In this document: piece by piece, positions 11,289-23,206 of the stretch
Layout of the letters: every line of letters starts with the position of its first letter
Position numbering within the stretch: position 1 is the first letter of the stretch
Translations under genes and position numbers: made by a program
The notes under the pieces: generated by a model
What the model saw: only the letters and a program-made list of their open reading frames with translations
Told to the model about the DNA's origin: nothing
Databases searched by the model: none
Assembly (NCBI GenBank): GCA_963741205.1
Contig: CAVUHW010000018.1
Coordinates: forward strand, 32,001 to 96,000
Direction of reading: 5' to 3'
Length of the DNA: 64,000 nt
Source: Nitrospirota bacterium
Lineage (GTDB): Bacteria; Nitrospirota; UBA9217

Positions 11289-12814
11289 CTAGTTGCCCAC
11301 TTGAACAGGGGCGTTTTTTCCTTCCGTGGTGCCATCCCCCAACTGACCATGACTGTTCCCTCCCCATGACCATGGGGTGCCGTCCAGATTTCAATACCAG
11401 GCTATGCATGGCTCCGGTAGAGATTGAGACCCACTTTGTATCCGTCCCTATCCGGACAGGGGAATTCTTATTTTCCGTGGTTCCGTCCCCCAACTGTCCA
11501 CTGTTGTTGAACCCCCATGCCCACAGGGTGCCGTCCTTTTTCAAAGCTATTGAATGATGACTTCCTGCCGAAACTTTGGTCCACATGGTATCCGTCCCGA
11601 TCCGGACCCGGGGATGTCTTATCTGTTGTTGTACCGTCACCAAGCTGCCCATAGTCATTATATCCCCACGCCCATAGCGTGGAGGTTGCCAGGCAGCCAT
11701 CGCACAGATACAGGGCCAGGGTATGATAATCTCCCGCCGAGACTGCAACCCACCTGGCTTCCGTCCCGATCCGGATCGGAGCGGTTTTAGCCGCCGTAGT
11801 CCCGTCTCCCAACTGCCCATGCGAGTTATTTCCCCACGCCCACAGGGTCATGTCCTTTTTCAGGGCCACGGTATGAAAAGCCCCGGCCGAAACCCTGGCC
11901 CATGCGGCATCCTTCCCTATTTGGACAGGCGCGGTTTTGTCGATTGTCGTGCCGTCCCCCAACTGTCCATCAGAGTTATTTCCCCATGCCCACAACGTAC
12001 CGTCGGACTGCAAGCCCACGCTGTGAAGATCTCCAGCCTCGATTTCAATCCATTTTTTGTCTTTTCCTATCCGGACAGGTACGGTTTTATCCGCTTTCGT
12101 TCCGTCTCCCAACTGTCCGTGGGAGTTATTTCCCCACGCCCACAAAGTGCCGTCGGATTTCAACGCCAGGCTGTGGTCCCGTCCCGTCGCGATTGCGACC
12201 CACTTCATGTCTTTCCCGATCCGGACGGGAATTGTTTTGTCCGCCTTCGTGCCGTCCCCCAACTGTCCATGGGAGTTATTTCCCCACGCCCACAGAGTGC
12301 CGTCGGATTTCAGGGCCAGGGAATGTGCCGCGCCGGATGCCACCGGTTCACTCCTCGCGATGAGGATCCGGCTCCCCGCAAGGGAGTTGTTGCTCTCGTT
12401 AGATTCAGCGACTTGATTTCGATAGTCCGCGACAGCTCCGATGTAATAGACGCCCGCATTCACGGAGATGAGGTTTGTCCTGTAGACGAATGAATCCGCC
12501 TCCCCCGCTTTCAGGGAGTCCGTCTCGTTTCCCTTCGGAGATCCTATCCGGAAATCGCTCGTTGTGATGACAGGGCCTGTTGAGAGGAAAAATCCGGTCC
12601 TGAAGTAGCCCGCGTCGCCGTCGCCCTGATTCTGCACGGTGGCCGTTATTGTTACGAGGTCTCCGGGGGCTATAATTGACGGGGACGCGGAGATCGAGGT
12701 CACGACCAGATCCGGGGAACCGGCGGCCGCGACGCGGGGCGAGAATAGAAATATAAGAAAGAGAATAAAGAACGAAAGTATCTGGCCTTTCGAAAATACG
12801 CGCATGCCATGCAT
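11289..12814 (-). CDS. Secreted CARDB + RCC1-repeat protein, frameshifted near 3' end
   Basis: Signal peptide; [19 protein letters not shown] (CARDB); about seven [25 protein letters not shown] repeats. Confidence 0.9.
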
Positions 12815-12847
12815 AGATTATTTCCGCCCTCCTATTGGCATAAAAAA

Positions 12848-12947
12848 CTCCCTCTCCTTCAAGGAGAGGGCTGGGGTGAGGATGGGTCAACAGCGGGAGA
12901 CACGAGACCCATCCCCCTCTCGATCTCCCCCTTGAAGGGGGAGAAGG
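12848..12947. repeat. Pair of REP-like palindromes (CCCTCTCC..GGAGAGGG..GGATGGG type)
   Basis: Two inverted copies here; related pair at 36132-36223. Confidence 0.6.
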
Positions 12948-14193
12948 TTAATTCGTCGGCACGTTCCTGATCTGCCCCCTGATTTCTCCGTCGGGATTGG
13001 CCGCGGTGTGAATGTTCAGATACAGCCTGTCGCTGATCAACGAGCCGAGTCGTTCCGCGCTCAGGAAGGTATCTGCTGGAACGTGTCCAGGTCCCCGACG
13101 TGCTGGGTGTTCCCCACCCTGCAGAGCTAATGAGGGTCGGCCCGTTCACCCCCGCAAAACCTTGATGGATGTGCGCACGGTCCGCGAGGCTGCTCGGCGT
13201 GTTGAACGCGATCGATCCGCTAATCTTTCCGGTCCCCAGGTTGACGGTCAGATTCCCCGTGCCGCTGCTGACCGGCGCGTTCACGGGCGGCACTTCCTGG
13301 TTGCCGGAGAGCGACACGGCCGGGATGGTCGTGACCGGATAAACGATGTTCCCCGCGAGTTCGCTTACGGGAAGCTGGAAGTTTTGTGAGTTGACGGTGA
13401 AATAGAGGCCGTCATTCACCAGGGCCGTGAGCTGCGGGGCGTTCAGGGACGCGCCTGCCGGAAAGGTAAAGGTTCCCGCTGTCGTGCCACCACCCTCCAA
13501 GGTGATGATGGATGGAGTTGTCGGACCGCAGGTGGATGTGCGCCTCCGTGGCATTGCTCGTGAGGCCGGAGAAAGTTATAGACCCGCTGATCGCTCCAGT
13601 CCCGAGGTTGACCGTCATGGTAGCTGAGCCGGCCCCCGTGCTCCCCGTGCCCGCGACAGGAGTCAGCGGCGTCGTTATGGTGATGTTCGGTAACACGATA
13701 TCACCGCGTTTTGCGTTCGGAAAAGATTGCGTGTCGACCCGGAAGAAGAGCCCGCCGAACCCGAGGGCGCTCAGCTGCAATTGGTTCAGGACTTCGTGCC
13801 CGCCGGAACGGTCCATGCCCCTGTTGTGCTGGTGCTGCTGACGAGGGAGACGATGAGACTTGTTGCGGGAGCCGCTGTGCTGTCATGGATGCCAACCGCG
13901 AGCGTGGTGCTCGAGAGTCCTGAAACCAGAACTGCTCCCCCGATCTCACCGTTATCCATATTTGCCGCAAGCTTCCCAATGGCCGTGCCTGAAGCGGGCG
14001 CCCCGGTCGTGGTCAGCATCGATGTTGTGAACGCGACGAGCCGCGCTGCTGTGCCGACAGGTGTAGGCGTCGGAGGCACGGGCCCTCCGCCTCCGCCGCC
14101 GTCCCCGCCGCTGCTGCAGGATACAATAAATACGGCCGATATGAGGAACGCGCTCAGTGCAATCGCAAATTTTACGAAACTATGCTGCTTCAT
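12948..14193 (-). CDS. CHRD-domain lipoprotein, frameshifted
   Basis: Lipobox IVS-C; LSGNQEVPPV, AHIHQG, GLYFTV and terminal HT..NP.GEIRGQI CHRD signatures; two to three repeats. Confidence 0.8.
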
Positions 14194-14295
14194 AATTATT
14201 CCCCTCCTGATGTATTTGCGCCACTCACGTTAATACAACAGCGAACTTTTTGGAATAAAAATGTCAAACCCGTAATAATGCTCATAGCACCCCGT

Positions 14296-14377
14296 TGTCA
14301 TACCCGCGAAAGCGGGTATCCATTGGCTTTTTTTAACTCTAAATTCAAAATGGATTCCCGCTTTCGCGGGAATGACA
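14296..14377. repeat. Composite REP-like element (TGTCAT-hairpin-ATCCA...TGGAT-hairpin-ATGACA)
   Basis: tgtcatacccgcgaaagcgggtatcca ... tggattcccgctttcgcgggaatgaca; four more copies in the window. Confidence 0.8.
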
Positions 14378-14473
14378 AAAAAACGTGCAGTTGATGTTTC
14401 CATTTTATCACGAGTCCACCGGTCTTTTTTCCCATCTTCTCCCTGGGCGGTAGAGGAACGAAAAAATCAAAAG

Positions 14474-14502
14474 AGAAGCCGGGGAAAGCATCCCCGGCTT
14501 CT
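14474..14502 (-). terminator. Terminator hairpin after Ig-repeat gene 1
   Basis: agaagccgggg...ccccggcttct followed by a T-rich stretch on the minus strand. Confidence 0.65.
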
Positions 14503-14541
14503 TCATATGGTCCGGTTTATCGATTGACGAATCGGCCTGGA

Positions 14542-16771
14542 CTACTGAGTCGTGAACGTCATCACTGGCGTCGCGGCCACGCCCTCTTTGCCGTCATCGG
14601 CTTCCATTTTCCAGAAGTAGGTCACATTCGGCGAAAGACCCTCCACCTTGAAGGTAAGGTCGGTCGACACGGCCGTCGCAGCCGTGCCACTGCTGCTCTT
14701 GCTGTGGCACGAAGCAATGAACAGACCGGAGACGACCAACACTGCGATCATGCAGAAGTATTCTCTTTCTGCCCTTGAAGCCGAAGGCGAAGCCCAGCCC
14801 GAACAGGGTAAACAGCATGCCCGCGCTGTAGACGCTCGCGTAGTAGACGCCCTTCGCTTGAGCGGTCGCCGGCGTGATCTTCACATCCTGGACGCAATTA
14901 GGCGGCGTACCGATGAAAGCCTGGTTATTGCAAACGAACAGGTGATATGCGATCGTGTCCCCGTCCTGGTCAACCGAAGGCTTCCACCGCAGGACAACAG
15001 GCCTCGCCACCCCCGTTGCTCCGTTTGCCGGGGCCACTATCTCCGGGGCCAGGGGCGCGAAGTTGGTAATGAAATTGATCACCTGACCCACCGCGAGCGC
15101 GTTGCTCGCGAAATCGAGAGCTCCAGTGGTAACCGTGACCGTGTATGCAGTGCCGAAGGCCAGCGGCCGCGTCGGCGTGAACGTGGCGACATCACCGGCG
15201 ACTGTCACCGTCCCATCCACGGGAATGCCTCCGGAGGTTACCTGCATCACGCTGTTGGTGATGGAGGTCGAAAGCATCGGCTCGCTGAAGGTCACGGTAA
15301 TCGGCTCGTCGGTCACCACTCCGGTGGCGTTGTCGGGCGGGTCGAACACGGCTATCGTCGGCGGGGTCCTGTCGGGCACTGTCGCGGTGAAGCTGATGGT
15401 GACGGCAGTGCTCAAGGGGTTCCCGACGAGGTCGGTCATGCCGGTCGTCGTCTGGGCGGTTATGACGGTGCCGACCAATGCCGTTTCCTGGGCTACGGGA
15501 AGGGCAATGGACGCGGTTTTGTTCGCATCGCTATACACCGGTGTGCGGCTAGCGCGGTAGTGACGCCGCTATTGTTCGATAGTCACCGTGAAGGTCGTTG
15601 CATTGATCGTTGCCGGGTCCATCGACTCGCTGAAGGTGGCCGTTATGTTGATGTTGGCGGGCGCGGTCGGCGTGGTGGGAAACGTGGACAGCACCGAGGG
15701 CGGGATCGCATCGATAATGCCCGTTATCGGAGCTACGGTAACGCTCGGGACCGTTCCCACAGTAGCGGAAACTAAAACGGTCGCGGTCCTGGCCACCGGA
15801 CCGGCCGCCGCGCCGCTGAAGACCACGTTAAAGGTGCAATTGCCGGCCGGGGCAATGGTACTGGTGGGCGGAGTCAAACAGGGGCTTGCGGGATCAATCA
15901 CAAAATCCGCGGCGTTCGCCCCCTGCGAGATTATTGAAGCGATAGTCAGCGGGCTCGCCGCGTTCAGGTTTGTCACGGTTACCGTGGCCGTCGCTGTTGA
16001 AAACGGAGCAGGGCGCTGCGCCGGGAAGGCTATGGTTGAGGGCGTAACCGACATCCCGATCACTTTCCCCTCGAGGATGAACGTATTTGCCGTTGCATTA
16101 AGCGCTCCCGCAATGGTCACGGAGGTAACGGGAGTTCCGGTGACGGCAACGGGCGTGACGGAATTCCCGATGTAGACATTTCCGTCCGGAGACTTTACCA
16201 GGCCCGCGGCAGTCTGGAGAAACGGCCCGATGCGTCCTCCCAGCGCTCCGGTAAAGACGCCGGCTGCAAGGCCGATGTCCTCCGTGAAATTGATCCCCTT
16301 CAGCCGGATCGGCAGTGATCGTATCAACGCCGTAAGGATGAGTGACGGTTATTGTGCCCGCCAGCACATCTCTATTCCTTATCCTTATCCTCGCGAACGT
16401 AACCTGGTCCCCGGCGCGGACCACGCCGTTGGCAAAAGAAAACTCAAGCGCCGCAATGTAGAGCATTTTCGGGATCCACGAAGCTGGCGCTGGCGAAAAA
16501 ATAGAAACCTTCTCCCGGGAAGTTAAGGGGAATAGCGAGGGGCAAGGCCGGATCGAAACCCGGGGCAGCCACCATGGTATTGGCGCAGAACCCGTTGTTA
16601 TCGAAGCACGGCGCGAGCGAAAGCCCGGTGGCGTCCTGGTAGAACGCCGGGAATCGTGGTCGCGGGATCGACGGGGCCCACCGTCGTCAGCGCCGCATGG
16701 GACGTCGGCGCGAAAACGAGGGACAACAGCAACATCGCCACGAATGGAACTATTTTAAACTTTGTACGCAT
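14542..16771 (-). CDS. Secreted Ig-like (Big_5-type) repeat protein, paralog 1, frameshifted
   Basis: Signal MRTKFKIVPF..SHA; ITATFSESMDPATI and ITVTFSEPM repeats; C-terminal FN3-like region with internal TM and lipobox. Confidence 0.8.
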
Positions 16772-16835
16772 GGCGCATCCTCCTCTCAATTGCATGATGG
16801 TTGAGGCGAACTAAACTTTTCAACCATTTAAATAT

Positions 16836-16851
16836 AGCAAGAGTAATACCA
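16836..16851 (-). promoter_or_regulatory. sigma54 promoter
   Basis: Minus strand TGGTATTACTCTTGCT. Confidence 0.7.
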
Positions 16852-16925
16852 GACACGGTTGCTTTCTATTTCCCCTGTTGTTATAGAAACTTATAAGACA
16901 AGCGACTCTTATTTTGATGCACTCT

Positions 16926-16952
16926 GTCCATTATGAACAGTCCATTTTAAGC
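16926..16952. promoter_or_regulatory. Putative enhancer (tandem GTTCA-N3-TGAAC-like)
   Basis: gtccattatgaac-a-gtccattttaagc. Confidence 0.6.
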
Positions 16953-17129
16953 AACACTATTCGTTTTGGTTGCATTTTTTAAACCGGCTATGGTTTAAAA
17001 CGGAATTCTGCTTCCTAATAAATTTTACCACATCAGCGTTTGATTTACACTGGCAACAAGTACCTGTTTCGGAATTAAAGATCACACCAATTCCAATCCA
17101 TGGTGGAGCTTCCGCGTCTTTACATAAAA

Positions 17130-17159
17130 GAGAAGCCGGGACATCTTCCCCGGCTTCTT
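17130..17159 (-). terminator. Terminator hairpin after Ig-repeat gene 2
   Basis: agaagccggga...ccccggcttct; paralogous to the hairpin at 14474. Confidence 0.6.
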
Positions 17160-17198
17160 GCTCTGGTTCAAATCTGTCCTGTGATGAAGCGACACGGG

Positions 17199-19461
17199 CT
17201 ACTGCGTTGTGAACGACATAACAGGGGTCGTGGTCACGCCTCCCTTGCCGTCATCGGCTTCCATTTTCCAGTAGTAGATCACATTCGCCGCAAGACCATC
17301 TACCTGGAAGGCAAGTTCGGTCGGAGCCGGCGGAGCCGAATTATCGCTGCTACTGCTGCACGAGACGATGAACAAGCCGCTGATTACCAGCACCGCGATC
17401 ATCAGGAGTATCTTCTTCCTGCCCTTGATGCCTGCGGCAAAGCTCAAACCGAACAGGGTGAACAGCATGCCCCCGCTGGCAACGCTTGCATAGTAGATTC
17501 CCTTCGCACTCGCGGCCGTCGGCGTAATGGGCTCGTTCTGTCTGCAATTAGGGGCAGAGCCGATGAAGTTCTGGTTATTGCACAGGAACAGGTGATAGGT
17601 TACCACGTCCTGGTCCTGATCGGACGAAGGTTTCCACCGCAGAACAACCGGCCTCCCCACTCCCGTTGCACCGTTCGCCGGTGACACGACCTCCGGCGCT
17701 ACGGGCGCGAAGTTCGTGACGAAGTTGATCACCGGACTCACTCCCGGCGATGACGCCGCCAGGGCGTTCCTCGCCAGGTCGACAGGTCCGGCCGAGAGCG
17801 TGATCGTATAGGCAGTGCCGAATTCCAACGGCCGCGCCGGGGTGAACGCAGCAATCGCTTTATTGTTCACCTCGTCATTGGTGGTTGTCACCGTACCATC
17901 TACCGCGACGCCGTTGACGGTGAGCTTTATCGTGGTGCCGGTGATGGAGGTCCCCAGCATCTGCTCGCTGAAGGTGACGGTGATCGGCAAATCGGTCCGA
18001 ACTCCGGTTGCATTGTTAATCGGGTTGACCGAAGATATCGTCGGTGCTACCCTGTCAGCAGCCGAAGCGGTGAAGGTGAAGGTGAGCGCTGACAAGGGAT
18101 TTCCGACCACGTCGGTCATGAGGGTAGTCGTCTGGGCGGTTATGACGGCCGTTTCCGTCAGGTCAGCATTCGGAGTAAAAGTCGCCGTATTGTTCGCTGC
18201 ATCGTACGCCACGATACCCTGGACCGGGGTCCCGTTGGAAAGCACCGTGAAGCTCGTGGCGGGGCTGATGATCGTTGCCGGATCCATGGCTTCGCTGAAC
18301 GTGGCCGTTATGGTCATGTTGGCGGGCGCTTTGGCAATGTCGGGAAAATGAGAAAGCACCGTGGGCGGAACCGCATCGATTGTCCCGATAATCGGCGTAA
18401 CGAAGGCCTTCGGAACTGTGGCCAATGTTGCGTTAATTGTAACGGTCCCGGTCCTGGCCGCCGGCCCGGCTGCTGCGCCGTTGAAGATCACGTTGAAGGT
18501 GCAGGAACCGGTACCGCCAGACTAACTGGAATAACAGGCGCGGTCAAACAATCGACGTCAACAACCTTGAAAATCCGGTACGTTCGGAGTTATCGTGGCG
18601 ATAGTCACAGTGTTCACCGTAGTTCAGGTTGGTCACTGTTACCGGGACCGGCGGCACTGAATCTATCGCGGGGCGCTGCGCCGGGAAGACTATTGTTGTG
18701 GGCGTTACCGACATCCCGAGTACTTTCCCCTCGAGTGTGAACAGGTTTGTCGTGCCGCTGATCGGTCCCGCAACGGTAAAGGAATTAGGATTGGGAGCTA
18801 CGGCTCCGGTGACGGTAACGAGCGCGATGGAATCCCCCACGTAGACATTCCCATCCGGAGATGTTATTAAACCGGTGGCTTTCCTGAGAAAGGGCCCGAC
18901 GCGTCCTCCCAGCGTTCCGTCAAAGGCGCCGTTGACAGGAAGGATATCTTCCGTGAATCCGAGCCCCTGGTTCTTCGCAATGTTGTCCGGTGTGACAGTG
19001 ACCGTATCAACACCGAAAGGATGAGTCATAACATAGTCGCCCGCCACTATAGCGGGGTTGCGTCTATTAGTGAATCTTATCCTGGCAAACGTAACCTGAG
19101 GGGGTACCGTAGGGCCGGCGGGCAGTAATGCAAACTCCAGCGCAGCTATGTAGAGAGTCCCATCCGGCTGAGAGGTGGCAGTGGAGTAAAAATAGAAACC
19201 TTCTTCCGGGAAATTCGTGGGAAAAACAGCTGGCAGGGCTGGATCGAAAGCCGGACCCGCCACCGCGGTGATGGAGCAGAACCCGTTGTTATCGAAACAC
19301 GGCGCGAGCGAAAGTCCGGTGGCATCCTGGTACCACGCAGGGACCCGGGTTGCCGCGTCCGTCGGCCCCACCGCGGTCAATACCGCATGGGACGTGGGCG
19401 CGAAAACGAGGGACAACAGTAACATTATCAGTAATGGAACTATCTTAATCCTTGTACGCAT
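17199..19461 (-). CDS. Secreted Ig-like repeat protein, paralog 2, frameshift ~18500-18600
   Basis: ORFs 18544..19461 and 17199..18491; collinear with paralog 1. Confidence 0.85.
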
Positions 19462-19601
19462 TGTGCATCCTCCCTATTCTTGGCATAGTCATTTAAAGTC
19501 GCGGGTTACCGAACATATTCCAAGGCAGGCATAAATTTCACTCGATTTTTATCCTGCCATGACAAGATCCGATCCAAAAAAATATGCCACATTAGACTAT
19601 T

Positions 19602-19617
19602 ATCAATTTGCGTGCCA
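19602..19617 (-). promoter_or_regulatory. sigma54-type promoter with variant -12 element
   Basis: Minus strand TGGCACGCAAATTGAT. Confidence 0.6.
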
Positions 19618-19714
19618 GCGTGTTTCTCCTGAGGGAACAGGTGCTTTTTTCAATGAAATAAAGAAGTTGGATATTATCGGAGGGCAGAATCAAAGGAAGA
19701 AGATTAGTGGAGCG

Positions 19715-19744
19715 CCACACTTATGGGGCGCCTCAGTTGTGTGG
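19715..19744. promoter_or_regulatory. Putative enhancer (tandem CCACA-N4-TGTGG)
   Basis: ccacacttatgggg-cg-cctcagttgtgtgg; same spacing to the promoter as the 11177 copy (98 vs 97 bp). Confidence 0.65.
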
Positions 19745-19882
19745 CGTTTCAGAGTCACAAGAGGGGGCCGATGGTTCTGACATGAAACGGACAGGGTTGG
19801 TATTAACTTGAGCGTGCGATGAGAAGACACCTGACGCAGGTGGGGCTCAACAGTTGTGCGGCGCTGTCGTGTTGTCAACTCT

Positions 19883-21573
19883 TTATTGTGAAATATGGTA
19901 TTTTTCGATGTTCCGGTAAAGCGTCTTCCGGTCCATGCCGAGGAGCCTTGCCGCTTTCGCCTTGTTCCAGGCGGTCTTCTCGAGGGCCCGGAGGATCGCC
20001 TGTGCATCGACGTTCCCGGTCGCTCCCCGGGAAGCGTCTCCGGCCTCCCGAGAGGCGGTAAGATGAGAAGGCAGGAGCTCGGCGGTAATCGTGTCCGCGC
20101 GGCAGAGGATAAAGGCGTGCTCCAGGGCGTGCTTCAACTCCCGCACGTTGCCGGGCCAGGGGTAGTTCATGAAGATCTTTTCCACCTCGGCCGACACAGC
20201 GTCAATCTGCTTATGAAATTTCGCGTTGAACTGCTTCAAATAGTGCTCCACCAGAAGAGGAATGTCTTCTTTTCTGTCCCGCAGAGGCGGAAGGGACAAC
20301 TCCACGACCTTCAGACGGTAGTAGAGGTCCTCCCGGAACTCGCCCCGCTTCACCTTTTCCTCGAGGTCCTTGTTGGTGGCGGCGATGACCCGGACATCCA
20401 CCCTGAGCGGCTTCGAGTCTCCCACGCGCTCGAACTCCTTTTCCTGGAGCACCCGGAGGAGGCTCGACTGCATCCTCGGCGAGATGTCGCCGATCTCGTC
20501 CAGGAAAATGGTGCCCCCGTCGGCCTTCTGGAACCTTCCGATCCGGTCGCTTACGGCCCCGGTAAAGGCGCCCTTCACGTGTCCGAAGAGTTCGCTTTCA
20601 AGGAGATTCTCCGACAGGGTCGAGCAGTTCACCTTGACCAGGGGCTTGTCTTTCCGCCCGCCCATGAAGTGCAATGCCTCGGCGACAAGCTCTTTCCCCG
20701 TCCCGCTTTCCCCGGTGATGAGGACGGTGGTCTCGACGTCGGCAAGACTCTCGATGAGGGAGTAAACTTCTGCATCCGCTCGCTGACGCCGACCAGGTTA
20801 TGGAACCGGCGGCGCTCATGGAGGTCTTGTTCGAGAGAGGCGAGGCGCGTTTCATCCCTCACCACCATGACGGCGCCCGTGAACAGACCCTGCCGGTCGA
20901 TGAGAGGATAGGTGGAAAAGGTGAGAATTTTCGGGGTGCGCGCGCCCTGGGCGCATTCGAAACGCTCTATCCTCACGGACTTTCTTTCCGCGACGGTCTC
21001 TTTCAGCGCACCCAGAAACTTCTCTTTGCAGTGCATCGACGAGGCGGCCAGGTCCCGGCCGATATCCTCGCGGGAAAGACCGCAGATCTTCACGGCGGCG
21101 TCATTCATTTCGAGCACCGTAAGATCCTTGTCCACGGTCAGGATGCCGTCTTCGACGCTCCGGAAAACCGCATCAAGGTGCGCGCGGTATCTTTCATTTT
21201 CCTTGAGCACTCTCGTGTGCTCCAGTGCCAGGCGGGTGATGTGGAGCAGCGCTTCCTGTTCCACGGGCTTCGGAAGGTAATCGAATGCCCCGAGGCGTAC
21301 GGCCTCGGCTGCGGTCTCAACGGTGGGATAGCCGGTGACCATCACGACCGGACAGATGAGGTTTCTCTCCCTCGTCTCGCGCAGGATATCGATCCCCGTC
21401 CTGCCTCCCAGAATGATGTCCGAAAATATGAGATCGAAGTTCTTTTCGGAAATCCTCGCGAGCCCCTCGGCGTAGTTCGACGCGGTAGTCACCGCATGAC
21501 CTTCCTCGGAGAGAAAACTCGCAAAGGTGTATCTGATGCTTTCCTCGTCGTCGATTACCAGAATCTCAGCCAT
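19883..21573 (-). CDS. sigma54-dependent regulator REC-PAS-AAA+-HTH, frameshifted ~20700-20770
   Basis: REC; PAS ([13 protein letters not shown]); [15 protein letters not shown]; WPGNVRELK; Fis HTH. Confidence 0.92.
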
Positions 21574-21649
21574 GTCTACCTCCCTTGGAAAAATCGTGAT
21601 TTGGACGATAGAGGACGCGGACTGTCGCAAGGGTGATGGATGTGATAAT

Positions 21650-23205
21650 TTATACGCCTATCGGACACTTCTCACTTCGTTTCTCTTCCGTCATTCTCTG
21701 CGCATCTCTGCGTCTCCGTGCAATCTCACGTCGTATTTTCGCTCGCTCTGTCGTCCCTGCCGCGGGCAGGTCGATAAGGACCTTCGTATATGCTCCCTGG
21801 ACGCTCTGTACGGCCAGCTTGCCGCCGTGATCGGCGACGATCCCGTGACTGATGGAGAGCCCGAGACCGGTCCCCTCGCCCTTGGGCTTGGTGGAGAAGA
21901 AGGGATTCATGATCTTGTCCAACGCGTCGGGCGCTATGCCGATGCCGCGGTCATGAAAGGTGATGCGGACGAAAGAACCGTCATCGGTCGCTGACCTCTT
22001 CGCAGTTGATATCGAGGGCCTTGTCTTCGTGTTCTCCCGGATACTTCTGATGCAAGGCATACTGGGCGTTGTTGATAATGTTCATGAACACCTGCTGGAT
22101 CTGCTGTGGATTCGCCGTTATTTCGGGCAGGCCTGGCGGAAGGTCGATCCGTAAATGCACCCCTTCCTTCCTCATCTGCGACTCCGTGAGGATGAGGGCC
22201 TCGCGGAGGATGTTCTCCACGCGCACGGGCCTTTTTTCTTCTTTTCTGTCCCGGGCGAAGGAGAGGAGGCTCTTGACGATGCCGGCGATGCGGCGTCCTT
22301 CTTTGGATATCCTCTCGGCCACGTCGTTTTCGGCGCTTCCCTTGACGCTCTTGTTCGACAGGATCCTGGCGTAATTGATGATCCCGTTTATGGGATTATT
22401 GATCTCATGGGCCACACCGGCCGCGAGTTTGCCGATCGATGCGAGATGCGCGGCCCTGAGCGTTTCGACCTGCAGGGCGATATTGCGAGCAGTGGCGGTC
22501 CTTATCCTTTGGTCCATTTCCTCATTCGACCTCTGCAGCGCCTGTTCAGCCCGCCTGCGCCCGAGTTCCCGATGATAAAGCCCGACCATCGATACCATCA
22601 CGATCAAGGCCCATATGAGAACAGTGATGAAGAAGAGACGTTTCGTCTCGGCCTGGTCGTTCAAACGGTCCTTCTCGACGGCATATTTCGAGGGCCCGGG
22701 CGTTTCTCTGGAATTCATTGAATACAGCGTTGAACCGGTCATCCAGGGCGGATCCGGTTCCTCCCCCACGCTCCAGGTCCCGGGAGCGTTTTTGGGCAAG
22801 ATCCTTCAAACTGTCAAGGTGGAGTCTGATGTTTCTCGCAAGCTCGATAAAGGCGGGATCTTCGAAGGGGACAAGATGTGTGCCGTTTTCCGCTGCTCCG
22901 CCGAACAGGAGCGCATCTGAAAATTTAATGGCTTCATCGATATCCGTAAAGGACTTCTCCACGTCCTCTCTCGCACCTTCTGCAATGGCCTCTTCAAACC
23001 AGAGATGAAAGGTCGCCGTCCGCACCTGGATGTCCATGATGTCATCGACATATTCGAAAGCCATCTTCTGTCTCTCCGCGATCGAAAAACAGCCAGAAAA
23101 GCATGACAATCGAGAGGATTCCCAGGAGGAATACCGCCGTGGGCATCCAGTACCACTGCCTGAATATTTGATGACCTTTCACCGGTGATCTCCAGACGTC
23201 TTCAT
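21650..23205 (-). CDS. Membrane sensor histidine kinase (HisKA, NtrB type), frameshifted
   Basis: AGVAHEINNP H-box, QQVFMNIINNA, GEGTGLGLSISHGI; periplasmic FHLWFEE domain. Confidence 0.85.
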
Positions 23206-23206
23206 A

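Noticed and set aside
11289-12340. Regular ~150 bp DNA repeats as a CRISPR array
   Set aside because: They are in-frame RCC1 coding repeats; there are no unique spacers or cas genes.
14648-15775. Long antisense ORFs (also 7391..8281, 19895..20911, 50799..51833, 59695..60696)
   Set aside because: They are shadows of well-supported genes on the opposite strand in GC-rich DNA, with no motifs of their own.
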